A DNA stretch of 64,000 bases. It comes from the human T2T-CHM13v2.0 reference genome, Homo sapiens. The number at the start of each line of letters is the position of its first letter. Position 1 is the first letter of the stretch. The translations under genes and the position numbers were made by a program. Positions 13,501 through 58,340 of the stretch are shown one piece after another. The DNA is taken from NCBI RefSeq assembly GCF_009914755.1, contig NC_060947.1. One strand, 5' to 3'. The notes beneath the pieces were generated by a model. It was not told the origin of the DNA. It saw only the letters and a list, made by a program, of their open reading frames with translations, and made no database searches.

Positions 13501-16186
13501 GTATGAGGACAGTAAGAAAACCTACTAAAGCAGATGGCCAGGTAGGAAATGAGGTTATAGAGAAGAGGATAGGGCAGGATGGGCTCATGAACTTGCTTGA
13601 ATCGGGCCAGATGGTGAAGGAATGTGGATGTCATTTGACAGGAAATGGGGAGTCATTGAAGGATTTTGAGCAGGTTGAGCAGGGGAAGGATGTGACATGT
13701 TTGAAGGGATGTTTTCAAAGGTGGAGTCTGTCTGCTGCTCTCTGCTGTGTGCAGGCTGTGGTGGGGGTTGGGAGAAACAGGGACTGGCAGACCAGCTGCA
13801 GTGATCCAAGGAAGGGACATGATAAGAGCTCAAGCTAAGGCAACGGTGACGGAGAAGATGGGCGGTTCCCAATTTCAGTTAGAGGCACCTGAGAGGGATG
13901 ATTTGACTTTCTTTCTAGACTCAAAATTCCATGAGGACAGGGACCATGCTCTCCTGGTTCATCACTGTACCCCTAGGACCTAGCAAAGTGCTTGGCACAT
14001 AGCAGGCGCCCAGCAAGTGTTTTATGAATGAATGAATAAATGAATGAATGCCTCTATGCAGACAGACACTGAATAAGAATGGTTGCTTGCTCAATAACAA
14101 GCAATAGTACAAGGAAAACAAAATAGAGAATTTTTTTAAAGAAAACATTACTTTAACTGACTTTCTTTCACCATCCCTGGACTACAGTAACAATGTGGTA
14201 TAGGAATGCAACTCAGGAGAAATCTAGAGCTGACTGGGAAAGAAGCCCTTTAAAGCAGAACCTGTATCAGCAGTGACGCTCTATAGGAAGCATGCCAACC
14301 ATATGTCCCCTGGACAGTTCGCACAGTGTAGAAACATCACAATGCAGGTAAATTATAGATAGGAGAAGAAAAATGGCAGTATTTACCTCACAAAAGGATT
14401 AACTGAGCTTCCATTTAAAGTAGCAAACTGCCTTTCTAGTGTACTTAATTTGAGACCAGGACTTGACGTACTGAAACTGGGTTCCATCCAAGACAATATA
14501 GAGTAATTGTCTATACTGGTAAGAGCCTTGATTTGGGAGTACAGAAACCTAACCTTTGACCTAGGCAAGTAGCAGAATGTGGTGGTTACATTCACAGGCC
14601 GTGGAATTGTGCTGCCTGGATTTGCATCCTGGTGCAACACTGACTGGCTGTTTGGCCTTGGGCAAGTGGCTTAGCCTTTCTGTGCTTCAGTTTCTTCTTC
14701 TGTAAAATGTGATGATACAACACCTGATCCTGGTTCATGAGGTTATTGTGAGGATTAAGTGAGGTAATGCATGGAATGTGTTCAGCAATACCTAGAACGT
14801 TTCAGTAAATATTGGCTTTCACTCTTAATCCTAACTATATGACCTTAGGCAAGTCACTTCCCCTCTCTGGGCCTTGGTTTCCTCATGAGCCTGAAGCTTC
14901 TTTTATTCATACCTTAGGGATGTGGCCCCTACCTGTACTACAAACTCATCATCTATCACACATAAAAGCATCTCCACCCTCTGGGGTCCCCAGTTGATAA
15001 CTCTGCCCATAGAAGGACCATTGGGATTCCTAGAAATGAGCAAAGGCCCAAATAGACAAGACTAGGATAGATTCACTTTTCTTAGTATACTTTGTAAAAG
15101 TTCCAACTCACTCACTCAGCTCCCACTTCTAAATCTTAGCCTCCTCTTTTCCTCCCAAGCAGCCTTACTTCCTTAATCATCTTCATCCCAGGCCCTAAGG
15201 GAAAGGATGCTCAAGAGCACTGCTATCCTCTGGACAGCTCCTCTAGCCAAACCCCCATTTGGATCCCAAGTTTTTCCTTTAGGTTTCTCCTCCCCAACCC
15301 CAACTCCAACCCAGGGAACTGCAATCGCACCAACCTCTGCTGCCCTCTGCTGTCTAGTTCCAGATGTGCTGGCTCCAGTTGGGCCAGTTATGTCAGCTTC
15401 CAAGGACCTGTCAGTTTTTCCAGGCCCTAGCTGCCACTGTGACCTCAGGAATACAACTCAGATGCCCTCTGCAATATCTGTGCTCTCCCTTAATCTGGAC
15501 AAATGCACAGTCTTTCCTATTCAGACTCGACAGCCAAGCCACATCTGGTGTAGTCCATGAGTTCAGAACTGTTATTTTCAGCAAAGAAAGGAAGCTGCTA
15601 GAGCCATCCATACTCTCATCTAAGCCCCCTTCTCAAACATTCTGCAATCATTTATTACGCATTTGCTGTGTGCCAGGCACTGTGCAAAATGCTGAGGATG
15701 CATTCTTATTGAATCCTGGCATCAACCTTCCCAGTAGGTAAAATTATTATTATTACTTCCATTTTAAAGATGAAGAATCTGAGACTCAGAAAAGTGAATG
15801 TCTTACGCAAGGTCACAGAGCCAATGAATGGCAGAGATGGGGCACAAAAACAGATCTACCTAGCCCCAAAGCTGGTGTTCTTAACCACTGGCCATAGTGT
15901 GGAGGGTAGCTTGGAGGGGAAGAGAGTGAAAGCAGACTAATCATTTAGGATCTATGGCAATAGTCCAGGGCAGAAAGCAGAGGAAGTGATGATCTTTAGA
16001 TACATGTAGGAGGTAGACTTGACAAGACATGGTGTCAAGGCAAGGGGGAGGGAGAGGTCTGCAATGACCCTCAGAATTCTGGCTTGGGCAACTGGGTGGA
16101 CAGGGACATGTTGGGGCATGGGGGAAATGAAGAGATCCATTTTGCACATATGGAGAAAGAGACATCCAGGTAGGGAAGGTCAGTAG

Positions 16187-16475
<289 letters not shown>

Positions 16476-16794
16476 AGCAATTGGTTTTATGAGTCTAGAG
16501 CTCAGGAAAGAGACCTGGGCCAGCACCGACTTGGAGATGGGTGAGAGTGGAGTGTAATTCATCAGAAGAAAAGAGGGCTGAGGCCAGGACATCAATATTT
16601 AAGGGGAAGGGAGAATAAAAGAAGTGTAGGAAAAAGACTAAGAAAAAGTAGCCACAGATGTAGGAGAACCAGGAACAATTGTCAAGGAAGTCAAAGAAAA
16701 GGAGAGGTTCAATGAGGGAACAGTTCTGCTAAGTTGACTACCACAGAGAAGTCATTAGCCTTAAAATGGCCCTTTAGATTTGGGAAGTAGAAGG

Positions 16795-17573
16795 CTGTTC
16801 TCGTTATCTATTGCCATGTAAAAACAAAACAACAAACAAACAAACAAAAAACCTTAGTGGCTTAAAGCAACACAAATCATGGTATTATCCTATCATCTCT
16901 TATGGTTTCTGTGGGTTAGAAATTTGGGGTGGGCAAGGAATCTGGCTCAGGGTCTCACCTATTGTTGCAGCCAGAGAGGGGCTGGAAGCTAGAACATTGG
17001 GTGGCGGGGAGCTGGGGGCTGGCCTGGGGCTGGCTGGCCTTCTCTCTCTCTCTTCCTGTGGTCTCAGGGCCTTTCCATGCCACTTCTCTGCAGGGGCTAC
17101 TCTGAGCTTCCTCACAGCCTGGAGGTCTCCGGGGAGTAGACCTGCTTGTATGGCAACTGAAGACCAAGAGAAAGAGTCCCATGTGCTACAGACAGAATGC
17201 TCGTGTGCCTCCGAATTCATATGTTGAAACCCTAATCCCCAATGTGATGGTATTTGAAGATGGGGAAGTTTGGGAGGTGATTAGAGGTCATGAGGGTCGA
17301 GCCCACCTGGTGGGATTTGTGCACTTATAAGAAGAGACCAGAGAGCCCCATCTCTGTCTACCCCCTCCCTCCCTCTCTCTCCACCTGTCATATCAGGACA
17401 TAGCAAGAAGATGGCCATCTGCAAACCAGGAAGAGTGTTCTCACCAGACACCTGATCTGCTAGCACCTTGATCTTGGACTCCTCAGCCTCCAGAACTGTG
17501 AAACATAAATGTTCATTGTTCAAGCCACCCCATCTATGGCAATGTGTAACAGCAGCCCAAACTAACTAATACA
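16795..17573. mobile_element. MaLR LTRs: older MLT1 fragment (16795-17180) followed by an MLT1A-like LTR (17184-17573, +)
   Basis: ttcatatgttgaaaccctaatccccaatgtgatggtattt...cagcagcccaaactaactaataca. Confidence 0.75.
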
Positions 17574-17574
17574 C

Positions 17575-19160
17575 CATGTTTCTGTACATCAGCAATGAAA
17601 AATCCAAAAGGAAATGAAGAAAATAATTCCATTTACAGTAGTACATAAAAGAATAAAATATCTATCAATAAATTTAACCCAGGAAGTGAAAGACTTGTAT
17701 ACAGAAAACTACAAAACATTGCATATAGAAATTAAAGAAGACCTAAATAAATGGAAAGTTCACTTTCACCACCTGCCATTGGTCAAAATACTCATAAAAC
17801 CCTGCCCAGTTTCAAGGGGAGTGGACAAAGACATCCCCATAACCTGCCATCTCTCAGTAGCGAACACCACAAAGGTCATTAATGCCTCTAGCAAGAGCTC
17901 CTTTAGTGGAGTGGTCGGGGCTCAGATCAGACCACTATGGGCGAGGATAGGCATAGACAACTTTACAGAAGGGCATACAATACCTGAATCAATGAAAAGA
18001 TAAGGTATATTCCAGGATGTTTTTAAAAACTCAGACATTTTCCCCAGATTAATCCAAACATCTAATGCAATATCAATTTGAATCATAACAGGAATTTTTA
18101 TAGGACTTGATGTGCTGATCCTGAGATCATCTAGAGAAGGAAATATGCAATATGACAGAGAAGTGTTTAAAAAATGGGCAGGAAGTCTTCCACTGCCAGC
18201 TATCAAAGCACAACACAAGCTATAGTAATTAAAGCAGTGTAATGTTGGCACCGCGACATAGATCAATGGAACAAAAGAGTCTAGTACAACCCCACGTATA
18301 TGTGAGACTATAATATGCACTACATAAGGCATTGAAAATCAATGAAGAAAAGATATACTCGTCAATAAATGGTTACGGGACAATTAGTGTCAAATTGGGG
18401 GTGGGGGGTTAAGGCACAATATTCTTAAATCTGTACCTCATGTCATATCCAAATACAATTCCCAAATGGATTAATGAGCTAAATACACGTGCACTCACAA
18501 AAAAATTATATGAAACTGTGAGAATATATAGGACAGTATTTCCTTGTTAAGTAAGTCACAAGTCCCAGAAATTATAAGAGTATCTTGATAGGTTTTTGGC
18601 TACACAAAAAAAATTTCAGTCTCTAAAATTAAAAACAAAGTTAAAAGGGAGAAAATACTTGAGGTATATAAATATTTGTCAAACAGATAAATGAAGAATG
18701 CACATAATATATAAAAAGATCTCATTTTTAAGTTAATAAGAAAAAAACAAACAACCCAATGAGAACATGGGCTAATGAAAGGAATGGGTACTCAAAGATG
18801 AAGAAAAAAATAAAAGGCAAATAAAACATAAGGAAGCATAGTCAACCTTTACCAGCCAGCAGGTAAACACAAAGCAGCAAGAGACCAATTTTCACCCATA
18901 AAATTGGTAAAACCTTAAACCATTGATGTTATCCAGTGTTGAAGACATTGTGGAAACAGCTATTTTATTGGTAGAAGTGTGATTTGCTACAGCTTTTCTT
19001 GGAGGGCAGTTTGGCAGAATCTATTGACATGACAAAATTGTACGCTTTTCTACTTCTAGATATGGATCCTAGAGCAATGCTTCATGTGCGTGAATTTTCA
19101 TGGCCCCTGTTTGTAACAATGCAAAGTCAGAAACAACCTGAAGGTCCATCAATCATGAAA
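17575..19160 (+). mobile_element. Degraded L1 ORF2/3' fragments
   Basis: IPFTVVHKRIKYLSINLTQEVKDLYTENYKTL..EIKEDLNKWK is typical L1 ORF2 sequence. Confidence 0.8.
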
Positions 19161-20817
19161 TGCAAGCAGGGTAGGGATTTGAGGACAAGGATAAAGGTCT
19201 GGAATCTCCCACAAGGGCAACAGAAAATACAGCTGACTCAGGACAGGGAAAAGGATTGCCAAGCAGCACCAAGAGGCCTGCCGAGGTTGGACACCAAAAA
19301 TTTGGAGTGATCCCAACCAACAGGGTTGGGATATATTCTCCTGTAGAGAAGACAGATGGTTCAAATGCCCTGGGGTTTACTTATTTATTCAATAAAAAGT
19401 TATGAATGCCTACTAAGCTCCAGGTAGTGTTCTAGGCCCTGAGATATAACAGTGGACAAACATAAACAAATAGGTACACAATATAATGTCAGGAAAATAC
19501 TCTGAAGAGGTAATAATACAGAATAGGAAATAAAGAGTGACAGAGGCACTGTTTAAATAATGAGGTCAGGGAAGTCCTCTCTGAAAAGGGGACATCTGAA
19601 CAGAGGACTGAATGAAGCGAAGGAATGAGCCATGTTGGCATCTGAAAAAAAGAGCATTCCTGTTAGTGGGAATGGTATATGCAATGACCCTGGGATGGGA
19701 GCATGCTTTACTTGGGGATGGACATTGGCAGGATACATGGAGTGGAAGCACAAAGGAACAGGAGAGTTAAATGTGCTAGCAAAAGCGAGGTTGGAGTGAT
19801 GGGTTATGTAGTTTGAGCCAAATAGAGAGGGAAGGGAAACCAAGGGTTGCTGATAAGTGGAGAGGAAGAGCGCAGGGCAAGGAACAGGATGTTTTGGTGA
19901 AGTCAAAAATCAGGTGCAGTAAGAGTGAAGGAGAGAAGCACAGGAGGGTGTGTTCGGAGAATGGGGGGTTGGAGTTCAGTATGTCAAAGGACAGTGATCC
20001 CAAGCAGTGGCAAGGCCCAAGATGCTACTTTGGTTGTGGGAGGCTGAGGAGGAGTGGAGGAGAAAGGGCCTTGAGCTGAGGAGCTTTGGACTTGAAGAAG
20101 GAGGACATTAGATGGGTCATTGACAGGAACCTTGATATGACTCATGGTAATGGCAGACATGCTGCAGAGAGGCAGCCATGAGCTAGTTGCTGTGGTCCTT
20201 TCCACGACTGAGGAAGTGTTGAAAGGCAGATGACAGGACCTGTGACAAAGGCAGTAACAGAACTAATAGGGGAAGTCAACCTCGCCAGGAGGTCAAGGAA
20301 AGCTTCCAGACCAAATGACATTTGAGGCAAGACTGGAAGGAAGAGGAGTTCACAGAGTAAAGAGAGGAAGGAAGGGTGGGTATTCTGGGTGAAGAGAAAT
20401 GAACAAAGACCCTGTTGCTAGAGGAGACACTGTAAGAGGGACTCAAAGAATGGCATATGGCTAGAGTGGAGATGGCAAGGAGAGGGGCATAAGATGGCTG
20501 AGAAGTAAAGAGATCAGGCTCCTGAAGAGGACAGAAGGTTGGGAGAGTGCCCAAAGACCACCAAATGAAGGGTTGAGTGAAATCAACTAGAACCTTGGTG
20601 AGCCCCAGTGGTGCTATCGCCATGCATCCTTATGCAGTGCAAGGCCCCTGAGAGGGCAGCATAGGTTTGTGACATGCCTGGCTGGGCTTTGGACTCAGCC
20701 AGGGCTCAGGATCTGACTTAGTCTGTGACCACTGAAGTGAACCAAGCTAACTGGCCTACACGGGGCTCTAGCCAGATCCACTGGGTCTCACTAGCAAAGT
20801 TCCTGAACCATAATCAC

Positions 20818-23401
<2,584 letters not shown>

Positions 23402-23631
23402 ATCACCAACAGATTTCACAAGAAGAAGGAGGAGCCATGGGCAGCTGTGAGCTGCTGAAAAGGAGCTGACCACTGGATCCACCAACCACAGCGAAGGACG
23501 TCCAACCCTCGCCCTGAGGACAGAAACTCCCTTCTCTGATGCCTGGCTGTCTGGGTGAGGTCTTGGGCCTCATAGCACCAAAGATCAAATGCCATGAAAT
23601 GAGCTCTTTCCCCCTGCTGTGTGACCACACC

Positions 23632-23633
<2 letters not shown>

Positions 23634-23688
<55 letters not shown>
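23634..23688 (+). repeat. (CA)n microsatellite
   Basis: Seen directly. Confidence 0.97.
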
Positions 23689-23691
<3 letters not shown>

Positions 23692-25419
23692 GCAGGGTAG
23701 CTTTGTATCAAAGCAGGGCAGATGTGATGGATGAGGCACCCAACAGCACCACAGCAGCCTTCTGGGGCTGGAAAATTGCCCTCCATTCAGAGTATTCCTT
23801 TCGGGTTAAGGATGGGGAGGCTAGGCCACACAATGGTGGGGTTTTGCATCAACTCCACAAACTTGTGCTGAGCCCACTCTTTGCTGGGCTCTGTCCTGGA
23901 TAGGACCTGTTCCAGGTCTAAACATTTATAAAAAGCAAGCTCCTGCCCTTGGGGATGGGTGACCTACGACAGAAGAGTTGTTGAGAAAGAAAAAGGTCAA
24001 TGTCAGGGTTTGAAAACAGAAGCTCCCATAAAATGTTATGGGAGTCTCCAAGATGAATTTGAGGTGATGAGGGCTTGGTAGACAAGATGAATTTTGAGCT
24101 GGACTTTGATGGATGGAGAGAATGTGGACAAGAAGAGATGAATAATGTTAGAGAGGAAGACCTTGGCCACTAAGCTGAAGAGATTGAATTCTGCCCTGAG
24201 GGCAGTGGGAGCCATGGAGGATCTTCAGATTGGGGTGACTGTGAGGTCCAAGGGACAGAGCATGGGCTTTTAAGTTCCCCAGACCCAGGTTTGAGTCCCA
24301 GCTCTGCCACAGGTCAGCTTGGACCTGGGCAAAGCCACTTTTTTTCTCCAAGCCTGTCTTCTCTTCTGCTTCTGAGAGCCCTGCCTATCTCCCAGCATGA
24401 GATGCTGGAACCTGATGGGAGGGTATAACGGGAATTCGGAAGCAGCAATCACATGCTGTGCCCACAAGGCCAAGAGTCCCCAGTCCCTCAGCCTGTGAGG
24501 TCACATGAAGAGTTAGATTGGGCATGTGCTAGCTCAAAAGCCTCCTTCCCACCTGCAGAACTGCAGAACCTCAGGTATCATTTCATGATTTCATCCTCAG
24601 TAACTTGGGACATCCCCAGGGGATGCTCTGCAGTGCTCATAGCCCCCTTGGGTCTCTGACTTTCCTATTGCCACCGGCTATTCCAGTCCATGGCGCTGTC
24701 CACCTGTGCTTCCTCAGGCTGCTTTTCACATTATTGCCGCCAGTCTGCCCCTAGACTGCTGTCCTTCCCTGTGACCACCTCCTGCAATGCCATCTCTGCA
24801 CCTCTACTGCCAAGATTCACTCCACCTCTCTGATTCCTGGCCTTCCTCCAGGTTCTACCCTTCCCCGGGGCTCCCACAGCAAAGCTGTTTGTATCCCTGG
24901 TGCTAGAGTTCCTTGCTTGCTCGTCACTTTATATGCATTTTCTCATTCACACTCATGACATTAGTTGTTATTGTGACCTCAGCTGCGATTCAGGACACCT
25001 AGTGGTTGTCACCTGGTGGGAGAACATGTAAGTCAGGAAGGTGTATTCTGATGGAAGTCAAGGAGGCATTGGTGCCCAGAGAGGGCAGGCTCAGGTTGGA
25101 AGCCTGGGGTGGCATGAGGGTGCAAAATAAGAGGCACAGACAGGAGGTACTCTAGAGAAGATCACCTCTGATTTCAGAATTTGGCCTTTAGGCTAGCTTT
25201 GGACCAAAAAGTAAAACAAGCAGAAGTCCACTGCCTGAGTAGGCCAGAGCGAGACTCCAGTGATGCATGCATCTTCCAAACAACTTTGATGCAAAGACTC
25301 GGCCATTCAACCCTCCCCACGTTGAATCATTTCTTTCCACTTCAAGCCTGTTGCCAACTTGGGTTGAAGTCTCTCAACTGATAAGAGTAAAGACAGTGGT
25401 TTCGAGATAGGGAGATAAG

Positions 25420-25640
25420 GAAGGAGCTGATGAAGGCAAGTGAAGTTATCTTTGCCACCAGGGCTAAGGCTGGGACCCAGAGGTATGAAACCAGAGGGCT
25501 GAGTATTATGTGGGGACCATCCCTGGGCAGAGTCCGGAAGATGGGGGTGGAATCCCCGTTTAGTTTGTTTGCTTCGGGGGTTGGCCCTTCAGCTCAGCTG
25601 ATCTTTGCTCTAACAACTGCTATTTCAGCAGTGCTGGATG
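25420..25640. promoter_or_regulatory. Candidate upstream enhancer (~-2.4 kb) with a DR1/HNF4-like site TGATCTTTGCTCT at 25599-25611
   Basis: Motif seen directly. The distance from the ATG matches the known c.-2399C>A regulatory variant region (from memory; exact base not verified). Confidence 0.45.
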
Positions 25641-25699
25641 CCAGGGAGAGAAAGAACAAAGTACAGATGAGACTGGCTTTATTTAGTTCTAGTATGTGA

Positions 25700-25940
25700 A
25701 TTAACAAACATTTGTAGAACATTTACTCTTGTCTCTGCGAGGCATGTTCTGAGAGCATCACCAACATTAGCCCATTGAATCCTCATAACAACCCTAAGAA
25801 GCTAGTACTATTATTATGCCAACTCACAGGTGAGGACACTGGGGACTCAGGGAGATAAAGTCACTTGCCCAAGATCACACAGCTAGTGGGTGCCAGAGCT
25901 GGGATTGAAACTCAGGCTGATTGGCTCCCAAGTCAGTGTT
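25700..25940 (-). mobile_element. MIR
   Basis: aatcctcataacaaccc...aagtcacttgcccaagatcacacagctagt. Confidence 0.75.
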
Positions 25941-26472
25941 TCAAGGCTCAGTTCACTGACAGAAAGACAGGACCATGTTTGTCCTCAAAGGCTATCTTCA
26001 GGGGTCTTCCCCTGCAAAATCCCATCAGCTCTACCTGCTTGCTTGCCCTTCAGGATGGCTACTGCAGCAAACAGAGGAGGCAGGAGTCTTTGAGGGGGCA
26101 TTTTCCAGTGCTCTGGTCTCTGGGAATAATTTCATTACCAGTCCTGGAAGGGGTGGGAGAGAGGAGCCTGGGGAAAAGGCTGCGGGAGCTTCAGCAGTTA
26201 TTGAATGACAGCATTCTCATGTTCTCCTTGTCCCTGGTCTGTCCTCTGAGGCTGTGGGCTCCTGCCCTCTGCTTTTATTCCTGAGAATGAAGTTCACTGG
26301 GCCACCTCACTCATTTTGACTCTGCCCCTTCAGAGACTCCCATGAAGGTCCGTTTTCCCTCTTCAAAATGGCCTATTTTGTCATTCTTGAATGGATGGTT
26401 GAAAGTTGCTTTACACTTGATGTGGACATAAGCAGACTGTAAATCCATTAAAAATAGAAACAAAAGGAATGG

Positions 26473-26625
26473 TGGCCAGGCATGGTGACACGCACCTGTG
26501 GTCTCAGCTACTCAGAAGGCTGAGGCTGGAGAATCACTTGAGCCCGGGAGGCTGAGGTTGCAGTGAACCGAGAACATGCCACTGCACTCCACCCTGGGCA
26601 ACAGAATAAGACCCTGTTTCAAAAA
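26473..26625 (+). mobile_element. Alu monomer (FRAM/right-arm type) with a 24-bp flanking direct repeat
   Basis: taaaaatagaaacaaaaggaatgg at 26449-26472 and 26626-26649. Confidence 0.88.
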
Positions 26626-27306
26626 TAAAAATAGAAACAAAAGGAATGGGCAGTTTGCCTCTGGGGCCCTCCAGGCTAGGTGAGCATCCATCCCCATTGG
26701 GTCTGTTTGTCTCTCTAAAGCATTCCTCTCTGGGAAATCGCCTTCCTCGAACCCAAAGAGCAAGGGTTCTGTAGAGCATTTACTAGGAGCTGCCTTGAAG
26801 CTGCCCTCTGATTCAGCTGGGCGTGAAGACAAGGCAGGCCTCAGCTTCTCCATTTCCCTCATTGGGAGTTGTGTTGTTTACGAGTGACTCACACTTCAGG
26901 GTAACCAAATCCCTGTTCTAGAAGCTACAGCAGAAACAGCATTTCCAGTTCACCAAATTAGTCTTCTCAGAGCGCCCAAACTCCCCTTTCTGTGTCTTCT
27001 TCCCTATTCAGTGGCATCCCCCAAACCCTCCAGATAGGGGCATCTTTGGGCTTTCATTTCCTCCCAGGTGTGAGTGGCTCTAACAGCCTCGGTTCCCCAG
27101 AGTGCAGGTTCAGAAAATGCAGGGGAATGGGACTCCCCAGATCCCAAGGGAAGAGCTGGCATCACTTCTTCAGAGTGGGCACTCCTGGGGGGACTCATCC
27201 CAGCTCAAGAAAGTAACTCTCCAGTCACAACCAACTTTCCCAAGGGGTACAGTGGGACTTGCCAAGCACTACAAGAAGAGAGGACACTGGCTTTTCCAGT
27301 CAGCTT

Positions 27307-27535
27307 GGAGGAAGAGAGGGAGGAAAAAAGGAGGGGGAGGAAGAGCAAAAAGGAGGAGGAGGAGGAAATGGACAAGGAGGAAAAAAAAAAAAAGGAGGAG
27401 GATGAGGAGGGAAAAGGAGGAAGAAGAAGAGGAAGTGGAGGAGCCCAGAAAAGGAGGGGAAGGAGGAAAAAGGAGGAGGAGAAGGAAAACGAGGAGGAAG
27501 AAGAGGTGGGGAGGAAAAGGAGCAGCAGCAGGAGG
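27307..27535 (+). repeat. GA-rich low-complexity tract (GAG/GAA) upstream of the promoter
   Basis: Seen directly. Confidence 0.92.
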
Positions 27536-27659
27536 CAAATCTCCATCCCCACAGCAAAAGCAGTGCTGGAGCCAGAGCCCAGAGTGTGGGAGCTAATGGG
27601 AATCAGCTTGCTGGAGGGAAGGGGACCGAATTAAGGAATGGCTGGGGCTCTGCCGCTGA

Positions 27660-28009
27660 GAGGGGGCTGGGAAAAGCAGGCTGATTGAGACCAGCTGTTG
27701 TGCCTCTGTCTCTGAGATCTTTGGACTCTGCCCAGGATAGCCTCACACCCTATCCTACACGACTAGGAACTTGCACAGTCCGCCTCGGGCAGCCCAAAGC
27801 TCCTCTGCCCACCCTGGCTCCCAGAGCCCTCCAAAACAAAAGACCAGAGAAGCACTCTCCACCCAGCAGCCAGACGCCTCCTTCTTGACGCCAGCCCCCA
27901 CCCTCTGTCTGCTCGAGCCCAGGAAAGGCCTGAAGGAAGAGGCCGGGGAAAGAGCCCTCCCTCTCTCCCTTGTCCCTCCATCCACCCAGCGCCGGCATCT
28001 GGAGACCCT
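27660..28009 (+). promoter_or_regulatory. XPNPEP2: XPNPEP2 proximal promoter / 5' UTR region; no obvious TATA box or CpG island; overlapping DR1 (HNF4-type) motifs at 27715-27736
   Basis: ATG-free stretch upstream of the start codon; the reverse strand reads cctGGGCAGAGTCCAAAGATCT. Confidence 0.55.
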
Positions 28010-57272
<29,263 letters not shown>

Positions 57273-58340
57273 AGGCTCCAGACTCTCCTGTTAACCCTCC
57301 ATCTAGATGGGGGGCTCCCTTGCTTAGCTCCCCTCACCCTGCACTGAACATACCCCAAGAGCCCCTGCTGGCCCATTGCCTAGAAACCTTTGCATTCATC
57401 CTCCTTCTCCAAGACCTATGGAGAAGGTCCCAGGCCCCAGGAACACAGGGCTTCTTGGCCCCAGATGGCACCTCCCTGCACCCCGGGGTTGTATACCACA
57501 CCCTGGGCCCCTAATCCCAGGCCCCGAGATAGGAAAGCCAGCTAGTCTCTTCTCTTCTGTGATCTCAGTAGGCCTAACCTATAACCTAGCACAGACTGCT
57601 ACAGCTGCTCCCCTCCCGCCAAACAAAACCCCAAGAGAGCAATGCCCCTACCACCCAAGGGTGCCATGGTCCCGGGAGAGCCCAAACCTATCACCACCTG
57701 TTGGGCATAGCCAGAGCTGTTCCCACCCAGCCAGGGCATGAAACATCAACCCCCCACATGTGAACCCATCATTCCTAAACCCTGGGTAGGCTCCATGCCA
57801 AGTAACAGCAGAGGGAGTTAAGCCATAGGAATTTGGCTGTGGAGTAAGAGGGAATGCGGTGAGGCACTCTGGAATATGACCCTACCAGAGGTTGGAGAAC
57901 AAACTTGGGCAGCCGGAACCCGTCACTATTCTAGACTTCCCTGGCATTCGAGGAGCCCTTTGAACTTTCCAAAGTGCAGCCACAGCTACAATGCTGTTAA
58001 ATCCTCCCACATTCTTGGATGCCCCTTCACCTTGTGTGGACAGTGTCTGGTTTCTCCATTTTACAGACAGGAAAACTGAGCTTCAGACAGGGGGTGGGCT
58101 TTGCCTAAGGACACACAAATTTGGTTGGGAGTTGATGGGGCCAGATGAGCCAGCATTCCAGCTCTTTCACCCTTCAGCAACATGCAGAGTCCCTGAGCCC
58201 ACCTCCCAGCCCTCTCCTCATTCTCTGAACCCACTGTGGTGAGAAGAATTTGCTCCGGCCAAATTGGCCGTTAGCCACCTGGGTCCACATCCTGCTAAGA
58301 CGTTTAAAACAGCCTAACAAAGACACTTGCCTCTGGGTTT
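57273..58340 (+). other. XPNPEP2: Probable XPNPEP2 3' UTR (end uncertain)
   Basis: Follows the stop codon. Variant hexamers TTTAAA (58303) and AACAAA (58316) are followed by a GT/T-rich tract. The first canonical AATAAA is at 58925. Confidence 0.5.
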
